Assembly (NCBI GenBank): GCA_023898665.1
Contig: CP060233.1
Location: 356,368 to 420,367 of the forward strand
DNA length: 64,000 nt
Direction: 5' to 3'
Source of the DNA: Candidatus Nomurabacteria bacterium
Lineage (GTDB): Bacteria > Patescibacteriota > Saccharimonadia > Saccharimonadales > HK-STAS-PATE-42
Part shown: piece by piece, positions 1 through 8,945 of the stretch
Numbering within the stretch: position 1 is the first letter of the stretch
How the letters are laid out: the number at the start of each line of letters is the position of its first letter
The notes under the pieces: generated by a model
The model's database searches: none
What the model was told of the DNA's origin: nothing
What the model saw: only the letters and a program-made list of their open reading frames with translations
Translations under genes and position numbers: made by a program

Positions 1-90
1 CATCTGCACGGTCCTGAGAACGTTAGGGTCGTTGGCGATGAAGTCGTCGAAGAGATCGCTAGTGCTGTTAGGGCAAACTGGGCTTGATTT
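1..90 (+). CDS. possible 3' end of an upstream gene (partial; frame uncertain)
   Basis: Frame +1 is open from the window edge to TGA at 88-90 (..GDEVVEEIASAVRANWA*). The stretch is visibly GC-richer than the AT-rich spacer that follows. Other frames are also open, so the assignment is weak. Confidence 0.2.
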
Positions 91-102
91 TAGCTTAGTC
101 GA

Positions 103-168
103 TTAACATATTCCTTGCTATACTTACAATATTTAAATAGAATTCCGTTCGGACTACGTCTATTAAGT
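103..168 (+). repeat. copy A of a ~65-bp promoter-like intergenic element
   Basis: TTAACAT..CCTTGCTATACTtACAATAT..CGTTCGGAcTACGTCTATTA. It contains TTGCTA (115-120), a 17-nt spacer, then TAGAAT (138-143). It is roughly four-fifths identical by eye to 1369-1436. Confidence 0.6.
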
Positions 169-240
169 GTCACCAAGACTTTCGAATAAGAATCGTATAT
201 GAATTAATTTACTTCTATTGAGTACAAAGGAGGAGCTCAA

Positions 241-309
241 GTGTTCTTTTCTTACTATGGGTTAGCTATTCTGGCCAATCGCTTAAAGATAGTGCGTGTT
301 TATCCTTAA
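241..309 (+). CDS. candidate 22-aa hydrophobic/basic small ORF (MFFSYYGLAILANRLKIVRVYP, GTG start)
   Basis: AGGAGG at 228-233 sits 7 nt before GTG 241, one of only three AGGAGG cores I noticed in the window. The ORF lies downstream of element copy A. It overlaps the 3' end of the convergent gene 266..1315 by 44 nt. Confidence 0.25.
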   Translation: MFFSYYGLAILANRLKIVRVYP

Positions 310-1315
310 GTTTTGCGAGCACTTCTTTTGCTCTGCCTTTAACCCCTCCTTCCAGAAGGCCTACAACGAAGTCTTCAAAAGTTCCTATTCCGTTTAATTC
401 TGCTTGGTAAACTGCTTCATCGAGATCATCTAATACAGCATTTGGCCCAAAAAGTAGCTCAAGCTGTCCGAAGAAGGCTCCTGGCGACCCATCGAGGAAG
501 GCTGCCTCCAACCCAACCTTTATAATACCGGGACTAAGTTCTTCGGCCAGTTCTAATATCATAACTCCTGGAGTGTATGCTCCTTCGTCGTAGTCTGTAA
601 TATCTCTTCTTAAAACTTCTAAAAGAGCTTCGTTAGCCCAGCGTCCGTAGCGCTTATTACGGGCCTCCTCTTTATAAAGAGGGTTACTTATATCGTCCAG
701 TCTAACTCCGTTTCTCACTTGGTGATTAGGCGAAACGAATGTTAGTTGCGTAGCACCGGTCATAAATGAGTGCAGTATTTCGTGTGAGAGTAAATTTTCT
801 ATTACTACTGCCCTGTAGTCACCTCCAAAACTTTGAGCGTGTAGAGCATTTGTTAGTGCTCTACCAGAGAAGGTTACCTGTCTTTGGAAACTTAAGAAAC
901 TGGCTTTGGCGGGATAGCCAGTTTTGAGTATGTCGTCTAGCACAATTACTTCCTTTGTTTCTTCGGATCTAGCCAAGAGCCTGGCTTTAATCTCATCCAT
1001 TCTGCCCTCATCAATAAACTTGGCGACTTTCTCTGCCAAATTATCTTTTAAGCCTGGTAGTTCTGAGGTTAGGACCTCTCCGAGTTGTGACAGTAGTTGA
1101 TGGTGCTTTTCTCGGAATTCTTCTATATCGGTTGTCGGATCTGAACCGAGTAGGATTGACTCGTTTTCTATGGCCTCTATTTGATGAGTGCTCATTTCTG
1201 ATGTATCCGGTAACTGATCTATAAAAGCTCTTCTTCTTAGCTCATCAAGTTCATCCACGAACTGTGGGGTGTATGACTCGGGACTGTCGACTCTAACTTG
1301 GCTTATCTCACTCAT
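266..1315 (-). CDS. hypothetical acidic protein with an HExxH (zincin-like) motif
   Basis: 349-aa ORF. HEILH is at residues 178-182 (nt 770-784). There is no signal peptide or TM segment. I recognise no other family signature. Confidence 0.6.
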   Translation of the reverse strand: MSEISQVRVDSPESYTPQFVDELDELRRRAFIDQLPDTSEMSTHQIEAIENESILLGSDPTTDIEEFREKHHQLLSQLGEVLTSELPGLKDNLAEKVAKFIDEGRMDEIKARLLARSEETKEVIVLDDILKTGYPAKASFLSFQRQVTFSGRALTNALHAQSFGGDYRAVVIENLLSHEILHSFMTGATQLTFVSPNHQVRNGVRLDDISNPLYKEEARNKRYGRWANEALLEVLRRDITDYDEGAYTPGVMILELAEELSPGIIKVGLEAAFLDGSPGAFFGQLELLFGPNAVLDDLDEAVYQAELNGIGTFEDFVVGLLEGGVKGRAKEVLAKLKDKHALSLSDWPE

Positions 1316-1368
1316 TCTTATGACATTTGATCTATTGATATACTAACATAAGCTTTTAACTAGCATTC

Positions 1369-1436
1369 TTAACATCCCCTTGCTATACTAACAATATCTA
1401 GATAACATTTCGTTCGGAATACGTCTATTATGTTAA
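1369..1436 (+). repeat. copy B of the ~65-bp promoter-like element
   Basis: TTGCTA (1380-1385), a 17-nt spacer, then TAACAT (1403-1408), followed by CGTTCGGAaTACGTCTATT running into ATG 1430. A partial third copy (TTGATATACTAACAT) lies at about 1335-1350. Confidence 0.6.
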
Positions 1437-1726
1437 ATTTAGGTTCTGTTAATCCAATTGACCATCAAACTCAAGTTGTTGAATCTCGATCAAGATTAAG
1501 AGGTGCTTTTATTGTAAGTACTCTAGTAGGTACCGCCTTATCTCTAATGAGTGCAAAATTTCTTGGAGCCGAAGACAGTGTAACGGCTGTGCTTTCTAGC
1601 TATACTATTACTTCTTCTGTGGCGGCTGCGTCTTCTGCACTATCTTTCGGAGCCCAAAATCGTGAGCTAGAAAGAATAATAGAGCTGTCCAATAGTGTGT
1701 ATCACAATAATAGAAACTTAGTCTAG
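1430..1726 (+). CDS. hypothetical small Ala/Ser-rich protein with one hydrophobic segment
   Basis: 98-aa ORF directly after element copy B. There is no competing ORF and no recognisable family. Confidence 0.4.
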   Translation: MLNLGSVNPIDHQTQVVESRSRLRGAFIVSTLVGTALSLMSAKFLGAEDSVTAVLSSYTITSSVAAASSALSFGAQNRELERIIELSNSVYHNNRNLV

Positions 1727-2211
1727 AATTTAACTTTGCGCATTAGCCAATCGACTGGGTTGTTGGATGGGTTTGTTTGTGGGAGAGCTGTTTGGAGTAT
1801 ATTTAGTACTTTTTTGGTTAGTTCTTTGTCTTTTAAGTTCAGAGAAATAGGCAGAGTAGTTCTTCTTACTCCTATTAATGTAATTTGTGTGTGGGTTTCG
1901 AATACTTCTACCCAGTATCTTGAGAATAAAAGTAAATCAAAACTTTCGGAGTTGATCTTAAGTTTAGTATTACTGAGTTCGAAGTGTTTTTTTTGCGGTT
2001 TTCTGCTGGCATAAATAGTTAGACCTATAAGAGAAATTAAAATTATGCCTGAGGTTATATAATCATCACCTCCTGATACTGTCCAAGGTACTGAAGCAAT
2101 AAGTACTGAAGAGAGTAAGGCAGTTAAATACCATGACATACTTTTTTGATGGTAATAAAACTCGTCGGCTTGCCAGGATAAGTTATTGTCTGAATGGGCA
2201 TTTTCTTCCAT
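1723..2211 (-). CDS. hypothetical membrane protein (two N-terminal TM helices)
   Basis: 162-aa ORF, 11 nt downstream of the sortase gene on the same strand. It has hydrophobic helices WYLTALLSSVLIASVPW and GIILISLIGLTIY. Confidence 0.6.
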   Translation of the reverse strand: MEENAHSDNNLSWQADEFYYHQKSMSWYLTALLSSVLIASVPWTVSGGDDYITSGIILISLIGLTIYASRKPQKKHFELSNTKLKINSESFDLLLFSRYWVEVFETHTQITLIGVRRTTLPISLNLKDKELTKKVLNILQTALPQTNPSNNPVDWLMRKVKF

Positions 2212-2222
2212 ATATTAATATC

Positions 2223-2882
2223 TTATACTATTTCTGCTCGAAGGACTGTTCTATTAGTAAAATCTCTTGCGTTTTTAATATATTGCCCACCGCATGTTAT
2301 TAAAGAAAGTCTGGGTTTTGATTGTTTATCACCTAATAATTCTGCCATTGGTACTTCGGCTTGAGGGTAACTATCTATAGACTTAACAGCGTATGTATAG
2401 ACTTGGTTATTATCATCTCGCACTATGATTTTTTGTCCTACTTTAAGTTTATGAAGATTTGAAAAAACAGCTTTACCGTAAGATGAATAATGACCGACTA
2501 TCATCGCTGGTCCGGGAGATCCTGGCCTTGAAGATTGATTAAACCAAGAAACATTCCATAAACTCTTTGGTACGTCTACAGCGTTACCTGCGGTTACTCC
2601 CCTGCTTTCCATAAATGCGTTAACTCCAATATCAGGTATTATTAGTCTAGATGGTCCTGAGGGCTGATTAGTCCCTCCAGATGTTTGAGGTATTTCTACC
2701 TGAGGAGGTGAGTCAGCTAAAGATATAAATTTGCCAGAAATATCTCCAGAAGTTACCTCTGGCTCTTTGAGTAATTGAGCGTCTCTTTGGTATTTTGCGT
2801 AGCTTGCTGCAGTTACTGAAAATATAGCTATTAGACTTACTGCTAAGATTAGGAATGGTCTAAGTCTTTTTTTGGACTCCAT
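2223..2882 (-). CDS. sortase family transpeptidase (membrane anchored)
   Basis: N-terminal TM anchor. Conserved His (MIVGHYS), catalytic LSLITCGG (TLxTC-type) and C-terminal Arg (RTVLRAE). Confidence 0.85.
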   Translation of the reverse strand: MESKKRLRPFLILAVSLIAIFSVTAASYAKYQRDAQLLKEPEVTSGDISGKFISLADSPPQVEIPQTSGGTNQPSGPSRLIIPDIGVNAFMESRGVTAGNAVDVPKSLWNVSWFNQSSRPGSPGPAMIVGHYSSYGKAVFSNLHKLKVGQKIIVRDDNNQVYTYAVKSIDSYPQAEVPMAELLGDKQSKPRLSLITCGGQYIKNARDFTNRTVLRAEIV

Positions 2883-3028
2883 TTTATCAATTTTAGTTAT
2901 TAAAACAGTTGTTTTATCTTGCTTAAGTTTAGCTTATTTTTGAAACTTCCTCAAGAATAATGTATAATCTTACAGGTCAAAAGAGATAAAAGTCTCTAAA
3001 TCTTAAGTATAGGAAAGTAGATTATAAA

Positions 3029-3709
3029 ATGAGTGACAATAAAAAACTAACAATTGAACTAAACGAACGTACTGTCGTTGGTAAGAAAGTTCAGTCATTA
3101 AGAAGTCAGGGAGTCTTACCTGGAGTAATTAATGAGCATGGTAAAGAGTCTTCTAACGTATCGGTTGCCTTAAACATTTTTGAGGGTGTTTATAAAGAAG
3201 CTGGAAGAACTCAGCCAGTAGATTTTTCTATTGATGGCAAAAAGCATTTAGGGATGATCAAAGAGATTGAGCGTGAGCCGGTCAAAGGTAAAATCATCCA
3301 CTTCACAATCCAAGCAATTAAGGCTAACGAAAAAGTCACTGCAGAAGTTCCCGTACACCTAGATGAAGAAGTGGACATCCCCGCTAAGCGAGTTGGGCTA
3401 GATGTTATTGCAGTTACTCACTCATTCGAGATTGAAGCTCTTCCTCATAATTTACCAGAGCAAATTTTAGTAGATGGAAGTAAGTTGAATGAAGTTGGAG
3501 ACAGAGTTCTTGTAAGTGACATCAAGCTCCCTGAAGGAGTTGAGCTTCCTGGTGAAGACGATTTAGAAAAAGTTCTATTCATTGTTGAAGCTCCTCGTGT
3601 AACTAGTGAAGAGGACCTTGCTAACGATACTCCAGAAGAAGGCGAAGAAGAGTTAGCTGCTGATGTACCAAGCGACAATGGTGCTGCAGAAGAAAAAACT
3701 GAAGAGTAA
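3029..3709 (+). CDS. rplY: 50S ribosomal protein L25 / Ctc family with acidic C-terminal tail
   Basis: The N-terminal motif RxxxGKxxxxxLRxxGxxPGVI is typical of L25/Ctc. A two-domain length of 226 aa is consistent. An extended -10 TGTATAAT sits at 2961-2968. Confidence 0.85.
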   Translation: MSDNKKLTIELNERTVVGKKVQSLRSQGVLPGVINEHGKESSNVSVALNIFEGVYKEAGRTQPVDFSIDGKKHLGMIKEIEREPVKGKIIHFTIQAIKANEKVTAEVPVHLDEEVDIPAKRVGLDVIAVTHSFEIEALPHNLPEQILVDGSKLNEVGDRVLVSDIKLPEGVELPGEDDLEKVLFIVEAPRVTSEEDLANDTPEEGEEELAADVPSDNGAAEEKTEE

Positions 3710-3871
3710 ATCTAAAATTGTTCTAATAAATTAAAGGGCCGTGTCTTTCTGATCTTATGAAGGATCCAGTAATTGATTAGATCCTAGTTTGCACTGGCAT
3801 GATTTAAGGGCTGTTACGAAGATATAGTGAGTGGTTTGGGTGTATTTATTAGGGGTGCTATAATTAGGCTT

Positions 3872-4810
3872 ATGTTTGATTTCTTATTTTTTAGTTTAAT
3901 AATTTCTCTTGCTTACTTTTCTGCATTACTTTTAAATATTAATATTATTCCTGACTTCCCGAGTGAGTTTGAGCTAAAAAGAAAAGCTCGTGAAGGAGAC
4001 GGCTTAGCAAAAAAGCAAGCATGGGTAAAAAGGCATTCTTCCGAAGTTAAGATCACTTTAAGTCTACTCTTCCTAACTTCTGAAGGTCTCTTCATAGTTT
4101 TATTGAGTAGTAGATTAAATCAGGCATGGAGCGCAGTGCTTATCTCGGTATTCTCTTTTGTTGTAATGAGGTTTTTTATCGTTAGAGATATTGCTCCAAG
4201 AATGTTTGGATACTGGGAGAAGTTACTAATAAAGAAAATGCCAGAACTTATCAATATGTTTAAGATGATTTTAAAACCGATTTACGGTAAGTCTTATAAT
4301 GACTCTGAGAAGGCTAAATCATTTTATTCTGAAGAGGAATTTATATATAGATTTGGGATAGATTCTGAAGTTTTGAGTGATGATACCCGCAAAAAAATCG
4401 AGAGATCGCTTAAAACTTCAGAAACAAAAGCTAAAGACATTATGCTTGATGTTAAGCTAGCACCAAGAGTTGATGTAAACCTAGATTTAACCCCTGTGAT
4501 CTATGATGAGCTCCATAAAAAAGGATATGACATGGCTTTGGCTTTTAGTGGATCTAAGGATAACTTTTTAGGGATATTATATTTATCTGGATCAGAGGCA
4601 GTTAATCAGCTAAACTCCCCTACTTCGATAAAAGTTGGCGATAAGATGGAACAAGGCTTACAGTATGTCACTGAGGATACTAAACTTAATGAGCTGATTT
4701 CTGGATTCTTACAAGCTGGTCAAAACGCTGTATTAGTAACTGGAGCCGGTGGTCAAGTCAGCGGAGTTATAACTGCAAGAAAACTTCTTGCATGGATTAG
4801 TGGGAGTTAG
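3872..4810 (+). CDS. DUF21/CNNM-type membrane protein with a C-terminal CBS pair
   Basis: Three to four N-terminal TM helices, then two CBS-like repeats (..AKDIMLDV.., ..VLVTGAGGQVSGVITARKLL). The ATG at 3872 is preferred over the tracked GTG at 3827, because TGcTATAAT (3856-3864) lies 7 nt upstream. Confidence 0.6.
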   Translation: MFDFLFFSLIISLAYFSALLLNINIIPDFPSEFELKRKAREGDGLAKKQAWVKRHSSEVKITLSLLFLTSEGLFIVLLSSRLNQAWSAVLISVFSFVVMRFFIVRDIAPRMFGYWEKLLIKKMPELINMFKMILKPIYGKSYNDSEKAKSFYSEEEFIYRFGIDSEVLSDDTRKKIERSLKTSETKAKDIMLDVKLAPRVDVNLDLTPVIYDELHKKGYDMALAFSGSKDNFLGILYLSGSEAVNQLNSPTSIKVGDKMEQGLQYVTEDTKLNELISGFLQAGQNAVLVTGAGGQVSGVITARKLLAWISGS

Positions 4811-4852
4811 TTAGATAAACTCCCCTCATCTCTGTTATAATTAAGCTTATAT

Positions 4853-6622
4853 ATGTCAAAAAGAGTTCTAACTAAAGATACTTCTAATAAAATTGGTGAA
4901 GAAGTTGTTTTGATGGGTTGGGCGAATTCTCGCCGTGATCATGGTGGTGTTATTTTTATCGATCTAAGAGATGAATCCGGTTTAGTACAAGTTACTGCTC
5001 ATCCAGACTCGGATCAATCTTTTAAAGTTGCAGAAGATGTACGTGATGAGTATGTTTTAAAAGTTGTTGGTAGAGTGGTTGAGCGAGAAGAAGGTCTGAT
5101 TAATCCTAATTTAGAGACCGGAAAAGTTGAGGTTGTTGTATCTATTTTAGAGATTCTGAATAAATCAAAACCTCTTCCCTTCTCTATTCGTAACGAAGAT
5201 GAAAATGTTGGTGAGGAAACAAGACTTAAGTATAGATACTTAGACTTAAGGCGCGAGAAGATGCAGGCTCATTTAAAAGCTCGCTCAGAATTTAATTCCA
5301 TTATTCATGAGTATATGAAGCAAAATGAATTTACTGAGGTGTCTACTCCAATTCTAGCTAACTCGAGCCCAGAAGGTGCAAGAGACTATTTGGTCCCTTC
5401 GAGATTACATCCTGGTAAGTTCTTTGCTTTGCCGCAAGCTCCGCAACAGTTTAAGCAATTATTAATGGTAGGAGGACTCCCCCGTTACTATCAAATTGCC
5501 CCATGCTTTAGAGATGAAGATCCTAGGGCAGATCGGCATCCGGGTGATTTCTATCAACTAGATTTAGAGATGGCCTTTGTTGAAGATGGCGAAGAAGTTA
5601 GGAAGATGCTGGATCCACTTTGGGTCAAGTTGATAACTGAGTTTGCTGGTAAAAAACTTAAGTTTAGTGAATTCCCTAGAATTTCTTATGATGAGGCTAT
5701 GAACAAGTATGGTTCAGATAAACCTGACTTAAGATTTGGAATGGAGCTTGTTGATTTAAGCGAAGATCTTTCAGAAACTGAGTTCGGTGTTTTTGCCGGA
5801 GCTCTAAAAAATGGCGGTGTTATTAAGGCGATTAGCGTTAAGGGGGGCGCTAGTTTATCTCGCTCTGAGATCGATAAGTTTACAGAAGTAGCTAAGCTTA
5901 ATGGAGCTGGTGGGCTAGCTTATATTAGTTTTAAAGGCGGAGAAGTTCAATCTCCTATTGCTAAGTTTTTAAGTGAATCTGAAATTGAGTCTATAAAGAC
6001 TAAACTTGATGTCGAAGACGGGGATACCGTATTCTTTGGGGCTGATAGTATCGGTATTGTTAATAAAGTTCTTGGTGCGCTTAGAAACGAGTTTGCTGAG
6101 TATTTTGAACTTAAAGACCCTAACGAGGTGGCAGTATTGTGGGTAGTCGATTTCCCTTTCTATGAGTGGGACGACAAAGCTAATAAATTAGATTTCGGTC
6201 ATAATCCGTTTAGTATGCCAAAAGATGGAGCTAGTGCATTTGATGTTAATACGGATGAAGAAAGATTAAAGATTGTAGCTGATCAATATGACTTGGTAAT
6301 AAATGGTTATGAATGTGCTTCTGGTGCAGTTAGAAACTATAAGCCAGAGGTTATGTATAGGGCTTTTGAATCTGTTGGTATTGCTAAAGAAACTGTTGAT
6401 AAACGTTTTGGAGCTATGATTGAGGCATTTAAGTTTGGTGCACCGCCTCATGCTGGCTGCGCACCAGGTCTTGATAGGATATTTATGGTCTTGAGGGACG
6501 AGCCTAATATTAGAGAAGTCATAGCATTCCCTAAAAATGGTTCTGGTGTTGACTTGATGATGAACAGTCCAAGCGAAGTTGATAAAGCTCAGCTTGATGA
6601 ACTAGGTATTAATCTTAGATAG
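4853..6622 (+). CDS. aspS: aspartate--tRNA ligase
   Basis: Class II aaRS motifs FRDEDPRADRHP and QLDLEMAF, plus a bacterial-type insertion domain. GxPPHAGxAxGLDR lies near the C-terminus. Length is 589 aa. Confidence 0.95.
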   Translation: MSKRVLTKDTSNKIGEEVVLMGWANSRRDHGGVIFIDLRDESGLVQVTAHPDSDQSFKVAEDVRDEYVLKVVGRVVEREEGLINPNLETGKVEVVVSILEILNKSKPLPFSIRNEDENVGEETRLKYRYLDLRREKMQAHLKARSEFNSIIHEYMKQNEFTEVSTPILANSSPEGARDYLVPSRLHPGKFFALPQAPQQFKQLLMVGGLPRYYQIAPCFRDEDPRADRHPGDFYQLDLEMAFVEDGEEVRKMLDPLWVKLITEFAGKKLKFSEFPRISYDEAMNKYGSDKPDLRFGMELVDLSEDLSETEFGVFAGALKNGGVIKAISVKGGASLSRSEIDKFTEVAKLNGAGGLAYISFKGGEVQSPIAKFLSESEIESIKTKLDVEDGDTVFFGADSIGIVNKVLGALRNEFAEYFELKDPNEVAVLWVVDFPFYEWDDKANKLDFGHNPFSMPKDGASAFDVNTDEERLKIVADQYDLVINGYECASGAVRNYKPEVMYRAFESVGIAKETVDKRFGAMIEAFKFGAPPHAGCAPGLDRIFMVLRDEPNIREVIAFPKNGSGVDLMMNSPSEVDKAQLDELGINLR

Positions 6623-6715
6623 CTTTTTTTGTTGTTTATTTTATGATTGGTACTTCATGCCTTTTACAGTGTATACTTATTATAAAGTTTAGTTTTAGAT
6701 AAGGGTAGTATTTTG

Positions 6716-7339
6716 ATGGAAACATCTGGTCTAAGTGCGGCTCAGCCTCTACTGGTTTTGGTAATTGGTATCCCAGGTAGTGGAAAGACTTTTTTTGCTC
6801 GGCAATTCTCTGATAGTTATAAATTTTTTTGTTTAGATTCGGGTAAATTCGAGTCCGAACTGCAAGACTTAAACTCTTCTTATGAAGATGTTTCTAAAGT
6901 CAGCAATAAATTAGTAGAAAATACTTATGATCAAGCACTAAAAGCTTTTAGGCACATAATACTAACGGGATCTTACAATAATGTTAAACAACGGAATGAG
7001 GTAATTACTAAGGCACAAAAGTCTGGCTATAGGACTCTAATTGTCTGGGTTCAAACAGACGAAGAAACTGCAAAGTTTAGAGCAACGAATAGAGATAAAA
7101 GAAGACTTGATGATCGAGGCTCAGTACAATTGACAGAAGATGAGTTTACAGAACAAAGTAAGAATTTTAAAAAACCAGATTTAAAGAATGAATCATTTGT
7201 TGTGATCAGTGGTAAACATGATTTTAAGAGTCAAAGCGTAATTGTCTTAAAAAAGATTGCAAGTATGTATATGAATAATCTAAATAATAACTCTTCCTCC
7301 TCATCTTCAATATCTTCAACAAGAACAGTCCTGAGATAA
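6716..7339 (+). CDS. P-loop NTPase/kinase-like protein (AAA_33-like) with Ser-rich tail
   Basis: Walker A GIPGSGKTFFA near the N-terminus. The size and layout resemble small nucleotide or polynucleotide kinases. The C-terminus is poly-Ser. Confidence 0.65.
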   Translation: METSGLSAAQPLLVLVIGIPGSGKTFFARQFSDSYKFFCLDSGKFESELQDLNSSYEDVSKVSNKLVENTYDQALKAFRHIILTGSYNNVKQRNEVITKAQKSGYRTLIVWVQTDEETAKFRATNRDKRRLDDRGSVQLTEDEFTEQSKNFKKPDLKNESFVVISGKHDFKSQSVIVLKKIASMYMNNLNNNSSSSSSISSTRTVLR

Positions 7340-7351
7340 GTAAATAAAAGT

Positions 7352-8098
7352 ATGAATGATCCAGGATCGCCTTTCTCTCAAAGTTTCGAAATAGAGGGAA
7401 TCGGAATGATTAAGATTAAAAGACGCAAAGGTCAAAAAAGTACTACTTTAAGATTAAATAAAACTGGAGGAGTTATAGTTAGTACTAATTACTCTACCCC
7501 TTTATATAGTTTAAGAAGATTTGTTATAGATAATAAACTTTGGCTCGATGAGGCAAAGCAGAAAAGTGGAATTACTCAAGATGTTGAGATTTTTGATGGT
7601 CAATTATTAATACCTGGTCTAATTTTTAAAATAGAACATCAGCCAGGGTTAGCAGATATTGAATTCAAATACAGAAAGAATCAAAATTATATTACTCTAA
7701 AAACTCCTTTCTTAACTACTTCTCTTAAGCTTAATGAAGAGAAGAGGGATCAGTTAGAGGTTCTTGTAGTAAAAGCTCTAAGAGAAAAAGCTCAAGGTTA
7801 TTTACCTAATAGACTGGCTTATATATCAAATGAAATGCAGACCCAATATAATTCTGTGACTATTAGAAATACATCAGGCAGGTGGGGCTCATGTTCTTCT
7901 AGAAATGACATCAACTTAAGTCTTTGGTTAATGATTCTTCCGAGCAAGCTGATTGACTATGTAATTGTGCATGAACTCGCGCACACAAGGCATAAAAATC
8001 ACAAAAAAGAATTCTGGCAAGAAGTTGAAAAGTTCTGCCCAAACTATATGATGCTAAGACAGAAACTTAAAAAGCACTCGTCTCAAGTTTGGTGGTAG
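7352..8098 (+). CDS. YgjP/DUF45 (M48/WLM-like) metal-dependent hydrolase
   Basis: RWGSCSSRNDINLSLWL followed by HELAHTRHKNH, which is the characteristic DUF45 signature. Confidence 0.85.
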   Translation: MNDPGSPFSQSFEIEGIGMIKIKRRKGQKSTTLRLNKTGGVIVSTNYSTPLYSLRRFVIDNKLWLDEAKQKSGITQDVEIFDGQLLIPGLIFKIEHQPGLADIEFKYRKNQNYITLKTPFLTTSLKLNEEKRDQLEVLVVKALREKAQGYLPNRLAYISNEMQTQYNSVTIRNTSGRWGSCSSRNDINLSLWLMILPSKLIDYVIVHELAHTRHKNHKKEFWQEVEKFCPNYMMLRQKLKKHSSQVWW

Positions 8099-8153
8099 AA
8101 CTTTACCGGCTACTCTGTTAGAATTAAGCTTAAGTTAATAATTTATCAGATTA

Positions 8154-8945
8154 ATGAAGGTAAAGTCGGCTCCGGGAGAATTCAAGCTTTTAAGATCTAA
8201 TATAGTTTTTATATTAGCTATTTCTTTCATGATTGCCATAAGTGGATTATTCATCTCCTTTGGAACTGATTATTTATATGATAACGGAAAACTTATATAC
8301 ACACTAACATTTATGTCTTTTGTAGGTTTGGCTGTTTTTGCTTTTTTAAGATTACAGCTCCGAGTTGCCGCTCTTGCAACAGAACTTAGAAGAACTGCCG
8401 AAGAAGAAGAGTTTGAAAGAAATAGAACCTTAACTCTAATTAATAGTATTAAAGATGCTGTGATATTTGTTGATGACAGTGGTCACGTGGTTCTATATAA
8501 TGCTGCGACTTTGGATCTTTTAAATACTAACGTTAGTATATCAAGACAAGCCGTAGAAACTGTATTTAAACCGGCTCAAGGGTCTGCAGTTGATTTTAGA
8601 CGTTTAATGGCGGAGCTAAAAGGATCTCAGACAATTAACTTTAAAAATGAAGTTGGAGACGGAAGATACATAGATTTGACAGTTTCTGTATCACGGGCTC
8701 GAAGTGGTTACGGAAAAATTGGAATGCGAGGCTTTGTTTTTGTAGCTAAGCTTAGTGGAGTTGAGAATACAGAATCCGAACAATATCATCTAGAAAGGCA
8801 TGCTCTAAGAAATTCTTGGGCTATAATTGAGGGTAGTATAGAGAATGCTCAACTTATGCTATCTAGGGATAACATTGAGGGCGCTAAAAAGGCCATTGAT
8901 ACCGCTATAAACAGCGCTGAACAAGTTAAGCAGAAAATACTTTAA
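8154..8945 (+). CDS. membrane protein with a PAS-like domain and no recognisable output domain
   Basis: Two TM helices. A PAS-like start follows (LINSIKDAVIFVDDSGHVVLYNAA). No HisKA/HATPase, GGDEF or similar domain comes after it. Confidence 0.55.
   Translation: MKVKSAPGEFKLLRSNIVFILAISFMIAISGLFISFGTDYLYDNGKLIYTLTFMSFVGLAVFAFLRLQLRVAALATELRRTAEEEEFERNRTLTLINSIKDAVIFVDDSGHVVLYNAATLDLLNTNVSISRQAVETVFKPAQGSAVDFRRLMAELKGSQTINFKNEVGDGRYIDLTVSVSRARSGYGKIGMRGFVFVAKLSGVENTESEQYHLERHALRNSWAIIEGSIENAQLMLSRDNIEGAKKAIDTAINSAEQVKQKIL

Noticed and set aside
2936-2968. TTTTTGAAAC upstream of the L25 gene, considered as a third copy of the ECF -35 motif.
   Set aside because: Here TTGAAA sits exactly 17 nt before an extended -10 TGTATAAT, so it is a normal sigma70 -35 box rather than an ECF site.
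4802-4825. Hairpin GGGAGTT-N9-AACTCCC overlapping the stop codon of the DUF21/CBS gene, considered as a terminator.
   Set aside because: No U-tract follows it, and the aspS promoter begins immediately after. It may be coincidental or a weak stabilising structure.
4841-4850. Apparent over-abundance of AAGCTT / TTAAGCTTA(A) throughout the window, in promoter regions and in coding sequence.
   Set aside because: I cannot count or model the expectation reliably by eye. Part of it is explained by the shared promoter string TATAATTAAGCTTA and by common Lys-Leu and Leu-Ser-Leu codon pairs. An exact k-mer enrichment test would be needed before making a claim.
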